Source: Macrostomum lignano
Lineage: Eukaryota
Direction of reading: 5' to 3'
DNA length: 64,000 nt
Assembly: GCA_002269645.1 (NCBI GenBank)
Contig: NIVC01000031.1
Span: 1,364,001 to 1,428,000, forward strand
Shown here: positions 1 through 10,355 of the stretch, one piece after another
How the letters are laid out: each line of letters opens with the position of its first letter
How positions within the stretch are numbered: position 1 is the stretch's first letter
Translations under genes and position numbers: made by a program
The notes under the pieces: model-generated
Databases searched by the model: none
What the model was told of the DNA's origin: nothing
Seen by the model: only the letters and a program-made list of their open reading frames with translations

Positions 1-1199
1 ACTGATATTGGCAAATATACCTCCATTATGCATTATTTAAATTAAAGTCTACACTTCAGCCTTCAGGTTAAAATTTAGATGTGAAACTTAGCATCAACCC
101 TTAATAAAATTGTATAGGTTTATAGGCCTACCAGGACTAGTAGTAAGGATAATTGATTGAGTAAGATGCAATTATTTGTTTTTGTAAGTTATATTATACT
201 ATGATATTGTTTAATAGGCCTATGTATATATTTAATGCTATAGTGTTGTGTTTTAGCTAATTATGTTTAGGGCTAGATTTAATCTTCTAAAAATATTTAA
301 TTCAATAAAAATAAGTAGGCCTATATTAAAATATATATGAGACAGTGCCTGAATTAATAGCCTATTTTTATATGCACAAATAATACTCTATGTTTTCGTT
401 ATGTTTTCTTAAAAATGCACGTAGTTGAACTTACACAAAAAGGGAAGTTATTATTACTTTTTTTAAATGTTGTTATTCCCAAAAATATTATCTTTTGTTT
501 AAACTGTAACAAATTTCTAGTATAAATAGACACGCTGAGCTATGGCCAGGAAGGTGCAGCGTATGTGCCAGAATAACATCTATCAAAATTTTTGTTGTGC
601 TCCATGTGCGCTGAGAAAAAAAAAATTATTTATGCGCCATGCGTCGAGAAAAATACACTTGAAAAAGCACCATCAAGTATTAATAAGTATCTAAATTGAA
701 TCAATACCAATGGAAGTTCAAGCAGTTCAATCATGGCTTCTATTTGCAAAATATAAGCAAAAAAGTGCAACAAAAGCCGCGAAAGGCGCAAACTTGTTAA
801 GTTAAAAGCTACAATTAATAAAATTTGAAATAGAAACAACATTGGAAATAACAACTATTGTATCGACTATCGTTTATCAATTGATTGATTGATTGATTGA
901 CATTTAATATACGTTTTTTTATTATTCATTATTATATTGTCACGCACACTGACGTACCTTGTGCACTATGCGCCAAGCCATGCATTGATGCGCCAAGCCC
1001 ATGTGCGCAGCGCAGTGAAGTGTGCGCCGTGCGCCGGCAAATTGCTGATTTGTGCCGGAAAATTCCGAGGATTCTATCATCTTCTTGGCTATGGGCGCTA
1101 AGTAGGCTTGAAAAGTATACTGTTTGCTGCCTCTTGGTTTTTAATAAGCAAACTTAGTTTGTTCTAAATATTAAAATCGCTTAAAGACTTAATCATTTC

Positions 1200-1553
1200 T
1201 TAGAGTATAAGAACCTCAATTAAGAGTATCAGAAACCGCTAAAAGCAAGAATCACCTCAGGGCAATAATTGTAAAGTTGCCTCAAGGCAGGAGGACTGCT
1301 TTATAGCAAGAAAAGATCGCCTCAGGGTGGGGTAAACCGCATAAAGCTGTGACCCTCTGATCCTGGGAATGTCAGGACTGAGAGACTAAGAATTAGACAG
1401 TGCCAATAGACCGCTCAGGCTAAAAGTACAAAAGTAGATAAGTAGACACTACCAATAAAAGTACATGCGCTACCAGTGGAAAGGCAATTAATAGGGCCTA
1501 ACCAGTAGGATTGCTAAAGAGAAATAGGTCTATGACAACTTTGGTGGCAGCGA
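1200..1553 (+). mobile_element. LTR retrotransposon relic (LTR 3' end plus tRNA-Leu-type primer-binding site); left boundary uncertain
   Basis: AATAAA near 1454, then ...CTATGACA (LTR-like CA end at 1537), then TGGTGGCAGCG at 1542-1552, which is complementary to the conserved ...CGCTGCCA-CCA end of tRNA-Leu. No internal ORF follows. Confidence 0.45.
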
Positions 1554-1630
1554 GTAAGGCTAAACAAAAGAATAATTAAGAGCACTAGGACATATATTAT
1601 ATATTATTAGCTTAGCTTTAATATGTATAT

Positions 1631-1845
1631 ATAACTTTGGCCAATCAGTTTTTACCTCTGTTAAAACCAATATTAAAGGTTAAAAAATTGTATGACCTTC
1701 ATATGCCAAGAAATCCCAATGTAGATATTGCCTTTTAAACTATGTAGGGTAAATAGGTCTAAGTCATCATATAGAATCATGCGTATGTCTATACACATTT
1801 TAACATTGGTTTTAATGTAAATAAAAACTGATTGGCCAAAGTTAT
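1631..1845. mobile_element. MITE-like element with terminal inverted repeats
   Basis: ATAACTTTGGCCAATCAGTTTTTA (1631-1654) is the reverse complement of TAAAAACTGATTGGCCAAAGTTAT (1822-1845). The match extends inward (TTAAAACCAAT / ATTGGTTTTAA). No clear TSD. Confidence 0.6.
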
Positions 1846-2049
1846 TTTTATCTTAATATAGCTTTATTATTGTAGTATATTCTGCACTTATTTTGCCCTT
1901 TCTCCTTTGTCTTTGTCTAGGTTAGTGGACTTGTTGAACTTTAGGTAGATAAAGTAATTTCAGTTTTGATAGGATTATAATTTTGTTTTTATAAGGTTTT
2001 TTGATAGTGCTGATTTCAAATTTGAGCTTCATTTTTTATAGCTTAAAGC

Positions 2050-2540
2050 CAACCACCAGGGCATGGAAAATGGGAGGTTTTAAGGGGGAGAAAATCTTCA
2101 TAGAGAATGATTTTATGTACCTAAACTTCAATAGAGGCATAAAAGTCTATTGAAGATTAGGTAGATAAATTTGGAGACTGAGGGGAGAGGGCAAGTCTTG
2201 GGGATATGGGAGGAGCTAACAACCACCAACAATAGGGCATGGGGAATTTGCAGTTTTTGAATAGATAGAATCTTCTCATTAAGATAGATTTTATGTACTA
2301 AAACCTTAATAGAAGCATGGGGGTCTATTGAAGATTAGGTAAATAAATTTCAAACCCAAAGGGGTCTGATAGGGGAGATGGCTGACAACTACCAACTATC
2401 AAAGCATGGGGAATGAAAGGTTTTAAGGTAGGTAAAATTTTCATAGAGATTGTTTTTATATACCTAAGTTTCAATAAAGGCATGTGGGTTTATTGTAGAT
2501 TAGGTAGATAAATTTAGAGACTAAGGGGGTCCAAGGGAGA
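2050..2540. repeat. Degenerate tandem repeat, about 3 copies of a roughly 170-bp unit
   Basis: The blocks GGGCATGG, ATTTTATGTAC and TATTGAAGATTAGGTAGATAAATTT recur three times with divergence. Confidence 0.6.
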
Positions 2541-3184
2541 ATTGTAATGAAGCTTAAATAAAAAATTCAGCAAGTTATCAAACACCTCCATGGAGAAAAA
2601 TTATAATCCTATCAAACTAATTAATATCAGCAGCTATAGTACCTTGAGAATGGAGAAGACAATGTAGATTAGTAAAAATGAGCATAGGTAAACAAGTAAA
2701 GAATGTGCAGCTAGTCACAACCATGAGAGAACAACAAACCAAAAGCGGGAGGTGAGAGGTGGCTGGCAAACTGTGAGTCAGCATTTTTAAAAACACAAAT
2801 AAGATGTGGCATTCTTGCTGCACTATAACAAACTAAGTAAAGAAAAATTAGAATCAACACTTTTTTATTGGGGTTGAAATTCTAACCTTCTAAATGTTTT
2901 TTTAAATGAATTCAGTAAATTGTAAAAAATATTTACGTTTGAAAGTCACGATTCTAAAAAAGTTTGTTTCAAACATACAATTCTCTGAAACTACTTGCAT
3001 CAAATAATCACTAATTATAAAGAGGATTAAAAATCTAGCTCTTGTTAACTCTGAAAGTAATTTTTGCAGTTTTTTGCTTTATTATCATTTTGGACAGCCT
3101 CTAAGACTCTGGCAAAAGTTTCAGAAAAATCAGAAAATTAGAAGTATTTTACATAACTTAAGTTCAAAAAGTCCAGGTTGGCCA

Positions 3185-3493
3185 CCCGCATAGCAATATT
3201 ACGTATCCAATAGAAAGTGGGATGTCTCCAATACGTAACTTTTTTGGTTGCAGGAACATCCTTGATACATATCCAATTTTTATGATCCTCTAAAGAAGCT
3301 TTTTTTCTACAAAAAATGGTGGAATAAATAATCAATAAAATTTCAAGCATTACCTGTTCACCATTTTTGTAGAAACAAGCTTCTTAAGAGGATCATAAAA
3401 ATTGAATATGTATCAAGGATGTTCCTGCAACCAAAAAAGTTACATATTGGAGACATCCCAAATTCTATTGGATACGTAATTTTGCTATGCGGG
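3185..3493. repeat. Long imperfect inverted repeat (foldback): arms about 140 bp, spacer about 35 bp
   Basis: 3185-3323 (CCCGCATAGCAA...CTACAAAAAATGGTGGA) is the reverse complement of 3358-3493 (TCACCATTTTTGTAG...TTGCTATGCGGG). Confidence 0.85.
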
Positions 3494-3883
3494 CCACCTA
3501 GTGACTAGTTCTGTCTAGCTTGGGATAGCATTCTAGCTCTTTGGCTTGATCTTTTTTTCTCTTTTTCTTTTTTGCATGTGACCTGATTGTTTAATTATGT
3601 TATGAAAATAACTTTGGCCAAGTGTCTCACTTTATCCAAGACTCTTATTCTAGCTCTCTGCCCATTTTTCTATTTTGTAGTAATTTTGCTATGCGGGCCA
3701 CCTAGTGACTAGTTCTGTCTAGCTTGGGATAGCATTCTAGCTCTTTAGCTTGATCTTTTTTTCTCTTTTTCTTTTTTGCATGTGACCTGATTGTTTAATT
3801 ATGTTATGAAAATAACTTTGGCCAAGTGTCTCACTTTATCCAAGACTCTTATTCTAGCTCTCTGCCCATTTTTCTATTTTGTA
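3476..3883. repeat. Near-perfect 204-bp tandem duplication
   Basis: 3476-3679 and 3680-3883 both begin GTAATTTTGCTATGCGGGCCACC and are almost identical. Confidence 0.9.
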
Positions 3884-4575
3884 GTTGCATTATGGTAAAC
3901 TATGAAATTAAAACTAAAAAAAGTGGATAGGGCCTAGGCATAGAGAAAGCTTGTCAAAGATTAGAGAATATAGATATACTAGGTTTAGACAATTATAAAG
4001 ATTAGAGATTTAGCAGTTTAAAGAACTAAAAAGCAAGCAGCAGAATAAGCAAGCTCAACCCAAGTTTCGATTCAAATGATTGACCAAACTGGTAAATGCT
4101 ATTGTTATTATTTTAAGACTTCTCTTTAAAATTGTTTAAGCACAAAACTGTGCAATCAAGGTATATATATTAGATTAGGTTTAATAGGCTTTGTCTAGAT
4201 CCTCTAGAATATGTTTAGTCTGATAGTTCATATTTTTCAGGGGTTTAAATTTAAATTTAAATTAAGTGTCCATCATTTTTGTTCCTAGTAGCAAAAGAGC
4301 TAAATTTCCCATGGCAAAAATCTGTGAAAGTTTATAATTTTAATCAGCATTTTGGCATGTTAAACTTGTGTTGCATTAAGCAACCTCTTAGAAATCTCAG
4401 AGCCATATTTGTTATCAAATGAACTTTTTTAGGGGGTGCAAAGTTAAATTTAAAGTTAAAGTTTTTCTTTTGCCATAACTATATCTTTGGAAAATAATAA
4501 TAATGTCAATGCATGCTTGCAAGTGCAGCTAATTACCAAAAAATCAAATCCTCCTAAAAAAGTGCACACCAGAAT

Positions 4576-6408
4576 ATGGCAGACGAATTAAAAAACAAAG
4601 GCAATTCTGCCCTCTCCGCTGGCAACATTGACGAAGCCATCAGCTGCTACACTGAGGCTATAAAACTCGACCCAAGCAATCACGTGCTGTTCAGCAATCG
4701 TTCCGCAGCTTATTGCAAAGCTGAACGCTACACCGAAGCTCTCGCTGACGCTGACGAGTGCGTGAAGCTGGCGCCCAACTGGACTAAAGGCTACACTCGA
4801 AAGGGCGCCGCTCTTGAGTTTCTTGGCAGATTTGACGAAGCTGTTGGAGTGTACGAGGACGCGCTGCAAAAGGAGCCAAACAATGCCCAGCTAAAGGCGG
4901 CAATGGAGAATGCCTATTCCCAAGCTGGGAATAAAGCATTCTTTAATCCCTTTGCCGATCCAAAACTGATGGATCGAATTCAGAAGTCGCCTAAACTGCG
5001 GTCTTATTTAAGCGATCCGGATTTCCGACTCAAGCTGCAGATGATGCAGCAGGACCCGTCTAAGCTGGGGCAGTTTATTCAGGATCCCAGGTGTGTGTGC
5101 TGCTGTTTAAAATTCTAGTAAAGATACTCTAGTAATCTAAAATTAAGGTTTTAGAGGCACCTTTAAGTTTTAAGTGTAATTAAAATCAGAGGGTAATATT
5201 TCACAAACCCCCAAGGTGAGATTCTAGGAATCCTCAAGGTGAGATTCTAGGAATCCTCAAGGTAAGATTCTAGGAATCCCAAGATGAGATTCTTGGAATC
5301 TCCAGGGTGAGATTCTAAAAATCCACGAAGGTGAGACCCTAGGAGTCTCCAAGGTGATATTCTAGGAATCCCATAGTGATATTCTAGGAATCCCATAGTG
5401 AGATTCTAGGAATTTCATAGTGATATTCTAGGAATCCCATAGTGAGATTCTAGGAATCCCCATAGTGAGATTCTAGGAATCCCATAGTGATATTCTAGGA
5501 ATCCCATAGTGAGATTCTAGGAATCCCATAGTGAGATTCTAGGAATTTCATAGTGATATTCTAGGAATCCCATAGTGAGATTCTAGGAATCCCATAGTGA
5601 GATTCTAGGAATTTCATAGTGATATTCTAGGAATCCCATAGTGAGATTCTAGGAATCCCATAGTGAGATTCTAGGAATCCCATAGTGAGATTCTAGGAAT
5701 TTCATAGTGATATTCTAGGAATCCCATAGTGATATTCTAGGAATCCCATAGTGAGATTCTAGGAATTTCATAGTGATATTCTAGGAATCCCATAGTGAGA
5801 TTCTAGGAATCCCCATAGTGAGATTCTAGGAATCCGCAGGGTGAGATTCTAAAAATCCACGAACTCGAGACCCTAAGAGTCCCCAAGGTGAGATTCTAAA
5901 ACTCTACAAAATAAGATTCTTGGAGTCCCCAAGGTGCGATTCTAAGAATACAAAAAAATAAGATTCTAGGAATCCACAGGGTGAGATTTTAGAAATATTT
6001 TCAAGTGAGAGTCTAAGATTTAAACACAATATTGGAAGTTTAAGAACTCGCTTCGGTAGGTGCCGGTTTAAGTGACGTTCAATCGGTTACTTTTACCTGC
6101 TTGCTCATTATGTCTGTACACCAATGCAGAGTGATGGCCTGCGTCAGCGAGCTTCTCGGCGTCAATCTGGACGACGCAATGAACGGCGCCGGCGGCGACG
6201 CCCAAGACGACAAAATGGAGACGGATGCGGCTGCCTCGCCTCCGCCGCCGCCCAAAGAGGAGCCCAAGCCGTCTGCTTCTGCGGATCAGAGTCTGACAGA
6301 GGAGGAGAAGAAGGTAAAGCATTGCTTCACGGTACTAGCTAGAATTCATTAGATTCTGTCGTCAAGGCTCTTTCTGTCTAGCTAGTTAGTTAATTAGTTT
6401 AGTTAGTC

Positions 6409-6445
<37 letters not shown>

Positions 6446-6453
6446 TTTTGTTT

Positions 6454-6503
<50 letters not shown>

Positions 6504-6525
6504 CAGTTAGTTAGTTAGTTAGTTG

Positions 6526-6559
<34 letters not shown>

Positions 6560-6709
6560 CAGTTAGTTGTTTAGTTAGTTAGTTAGTTAGTTGTTTAGTT
6601 AGTTAGTTAGTTAGTTAGTTAGTTGTTTAGTTAGTTAGTTAGTTAGTTAGTTGGTTAGTTAGTTAGTTAGTTAGTTGGTTAGTTAGTTAGTCAGTTATTT
6701 TGTTTGTTT

Positions 6710-6767
<58 letters not shown>

Positions 6768-6785
6768 CAGTTATTTTGTTTGTTT

Positions 6786-6845
<60 letters not shown>

Positions 6846-7116
6846 AGTTAGTCAGTTAGTTAGTTTAGTTAGTTTAGTTAGTTAGTTAGTTAGTTAGTTT
6901 AGTTAGTTAGTTAGTTAGTTTAGTTAGTTAGTTAGTTTAGTCAGTTAGTCAGTTAATCAGTTAATTAGTTAGTTAGTTAGTTAGTTAGTCAGTTAATCAG
7001 TTAATCAGTTAATCAGTTAATCAGTTAGTTAGTTAATCAGTTAATCAGTTAATTATTTAGTTAGTTAGTTAGTTAGTCAGTTAGTTAGTCAGTTAGTCAG
7101 TTAATCAGTTAATTAT

Positions 7117-7157
<41 letters not shown>

Positions 7158-9238
7158 CAGTTAGTTAGTTAGTTAGTTAGTTAGTCAGTTAGTTAGTCAG
7201 TTAATTAGTTAGTTAGTTAGTTAATTAGTTAGTTAGTCAGTTAGTTAGTTAGTCGGTTAGTTAGTTAGTCAGTTAGTTAGTCAGGTAGTTAGTCAGGTAG
7301 TTAGTCAGGTAGTTAGTCAGGTAGATAGTTAGTCAGGTAGTTAGTCAGGTAGTTAGTCAGGTAGATAGTTAGTCAGGTAGTTAGTCAGGTAGATAGTTAG
7401 TCAGGTAGTTAGTCAGGTAGATAGTTAGTCAGGTAGTTAGTCAGGTAGATAGTTAGTCAGGTAGTTAGTCAGGTAGATAGTTAGTGAGGTAGTTAGTCAG
7501 GTAGTTAGTCAGGTAGTTAGTCAGGTAGATAGTTAGTCAGGTAGTTAGTCAGGTAGTTAGTCAGTCGGTCAGTTGCGCTCGCATTGATGGCCCTAAAGCT
7601 AAATTTAATACTGCCAACCCCCCCATCTCTGACCCGCAGGCGAACGCGCTCAAAGAGCAGGGCAACTCAGCTTACAAAGCGAAGCAGTTCGACCAGGCCA
7701 TCGAGCTGTACAAGCAGGCCATGGAGCTGGCCCCTACCAACGTGTCCCTGTACACCAACACAGCCGCTGTGAGGTTCGAACAGCAACGCTACGAAGATTG
7801 CATAGCCGAATGCCAGAAAGGCATTGAGATCGGCCGGGAGAACAATGCAGATTTTAAACTGATCGCCAAAGCTCTGGCCCGCATTGCTAATGCCTACGTT
7901 AAGCTGGGAAATTTACGCGAGGCGAAACGCTATTTCGATAAGTCGCTGAGCGAACACCGAGCTCCCGATGTGATCAAGCGAGCCCAAGAGATTGAAAGAC
8001 AATTGAAACAACTGGAGGAGCAAGCTTATATCAATCCCGAGCTAGCGGAAGAAGAGAAAGCCAAAGGTAACGAGCAGTTCTCCAATGGCAAATTTCCTGA
8101 CGCGATTCGGCACTACAGCGAAGCGATCCGACGGAACCCGGACGATCCCAGGCTGTACAGCAACCGAGCCGCCTGCTACACCAAGCTGATGGAGTTCAAC
8201 ATGGCTTTGAAAGATTGCGACACCTGTATTAAGAAGGATCCCAAGTTTATTAAAGGCTACCTACGCAAGGGTGCCTGTCTGATGGCGATGAAAGAGAATG
8301 TCAAAGCTGCCGAGGCCTACAGGTGAGGCAAAGTAGCGTTTTAGGGGGTCAGGATGCTTCTGTGAAGGTAAAAATTGGGAAAATAACTAGATTAGCCAGA
8401 CTGACTTAAAATTGACTAGAGATGTACATGTAGAGCAGGCAAGAAATTTGGTGAGATTATATAAATATGGGTGAGATTAGGTAGGAATGGGTGATGTTAG
8501 ATAGATATGCGTGGATTTGATAGGAATGGGTTAGATTAGATAGAAATGGGTGAGATTTGATAGATATAGGTGAAATTTGATAGATATAGGTGAAATTTGA
8601 TAGATCAGTTAAGCTCACCCAAATAGGTGAAATTTGATAAGATATAGGTGAAATTTGATAGATATAGGTGAGATTTGATATATATGGGTGAGATTTGATA
8701 GAATTGGGTTAGATTTTATAGGAATGGGTTAGATTTTATCGAAATGTGTGATCTTAGATATGGCTGATATTAGATAAAAATTTGGTAATTAAAAAAAGAA
8801 TTAAGAGATTAGATAGAGATAAGATTAGATTAGGAGATCAGATTAGAAATAGACCAGATGCACAGGGGTCAGATTAGACACGGATAGACTAGATGGAATC
8901 ATTGGAGACAGAAGACAAACAGTCCAGAGAAGACACCCTAGCTATCCACCATGCCAAATCCACGCCACAGGAAAGCTCTAGAGATAGACGAGAACTGCCA
9001 GGAGGCTAAAGAAGGCTACATGCAAGCGGAGCTGGGCACCAACGATGAGCAGCGGCGTCAGGCGGCCCTGAACGATCCGGAGGTGCAGGACATCTTAAGC
9101 GACCCGGCCATGCAGATGATCCTAGGCCAGATGCAGAAAGATCCCAAAGCTGTGGCTGAACATTTGCAGAATCCGCAGGTGCGCACTAAATTGCAGAAAT
9201 TAATCGACGCTGGCATAGTCGGTCTGCATCGAGGCTAA
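4576..9238 (+). CDS. STIP1: Stress-induced phosphoprotein 1 / Hop (Hsp70-Hsp90 organizing protein), 549 aa; exons 4576-5090, 6130-6313, 7640-8322, 8971-9238
   Basis: TPR1 (ADELKNKGN...FSNRSAAY), DP1 (DPR|VM), TPR2A (ALKEQGNSAYK), TPR2B (EEEKAKGNEQF) and DP2 (DPEVQDILSDPAMQMIL). All four exons join at GT-AG sites in frame, 1650 nt in total. Confidence 0.97.
5210..5830. repeat. 22-bp minisatellite in STIP1 intron 1
   Basis: Unit GTGAGATTCTAGGAATCCCATA with GTGATATT and GAATTTCATA variants, roughly 25 copies. Confidence 0.95.
6383..7565. repeat. (TTAG)n microsatellite grading into (GTCAGGTAGTTA)n, STIP1 intron 2
   Basis: About 1.2 kb of TTAG/TCAG/GTAG units read directly. Confidence 0.97.
8440..8760. 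repeat. Degenerate roughly 20-bp repeat in STIP1 intron 3
   Basis: Units such as GGTGAAATTTGATAGATATA and GGGTGAGATTTGATAG recur. Confidence 0.75.
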
Positions 9239-10249
9239 TTAAACCCGTTTATTCACTTGACACACAATGCTATTCGTACTTCTTTAAGTGTCGTCTTTAA
9301 CCAAGAGACCAAGCGAACGAAATAAGTCAGAAAAATTGCGAATAAATAATTTTACTGTTTGAAGAATATAAAGTTTCTAATAATATTCAGGACTGGCTAC
9401 TTACCAGCTTTGGTTAGTAGTAGCATACGCGCGTTTTATTAGTTAGTATATTCCAGAACCGGGCTTGACAATAAAAATCATATTTGTCACATTCTTAACA
9501 ACAGCGCTGTTATTTTTTGCATTGCGTTTCTGCCCCGCTACTTTGCTCATATAAGTAGTATATCCTGTGAATTAGTAGTGCAAAGCGTCCTAAATAAGAA
9601 AAAAAAACTCAAAGAAACAATTCATATTTCCCCGCTTTTCAATTTACTATACATGCTGCTACTTACAGTAGGTTTAACGCACTTGTATAAGTAAGAAGTC
9701 AACTTTTTAATTCAACTCTATCCTGGTGTTTTTTCATCTAAATTTATGTTTAATAAATACGCAAAAAAATGGTTTGTCATCAATGTTGTCCTCAATTAAA
9801 GAGTAAAAAAAGACAGCTTTTCCATTATAATCAAAGCTTTTTCAATGTATTGAACAAATGTTGCTAAATTCTTGCAGGTGTACGTTTCATTTTAAATAAC
9901 CAACAGAAAAATAAAAGAATTGACTAAAGCCAATGCGCCCTTGTCGTCTGCTCTTATTATTCAAGATCGGTCGATATTAAAACAGTGAAATCTTTTGACT
10001 AATTTTTTCAGCTTTTTATTTTTTTTTTATTTAATTAGATATCCTTACTAAGCTAATTTCTTTCAAATGATGCTACTAATGAGTAGAAACAATAGTATTT
10101 TATTTAAATCAAAATTATTGAAAAGTACGAGTATTATACTATTCGAATAGGTCATGGAAACAAAAAAATTTACCACAAATTTTATTTTCCTATATTAGTT
10201 TTTAACTGAAACTATTAGAAATCCCAAGTTTTAATTTCAAATTAAAAAG

Positions 10250-10318
10250 ACTCGGATCGCCCAAGATTCGAACCCCTGTCCTTTGCGATGCAAAGCAGAC
10301 TCTATAGCCAATAGGCCA
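10250..10318 (-). mobile_element. tRNA-derived SINE head or tRNA pseudogene relic
   Basis: Minus strand reads TGGCCTATTGG (A-box-like)...GCTTTGCATC...GGTTCGAATC (B box). No intact acceptor stem. Confidence 0.5.
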
Positions 10319-10355
10319 TAAATATAACTCAAACTCGCCCCCGCAGCCAATCACA

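Noticed and set aside
6383-7565. (TTAG)n as an interstitial telomere
   Set aside because: The unit is TTAG, not TTAGGG or TTAGG; it is an ordinary intronic microsatellite.
10250-10318. Functional tRNA gene
   Set aside because: A- and B-box-like motifs are present but no cloverleaf acceptor stem; treated as a relic.
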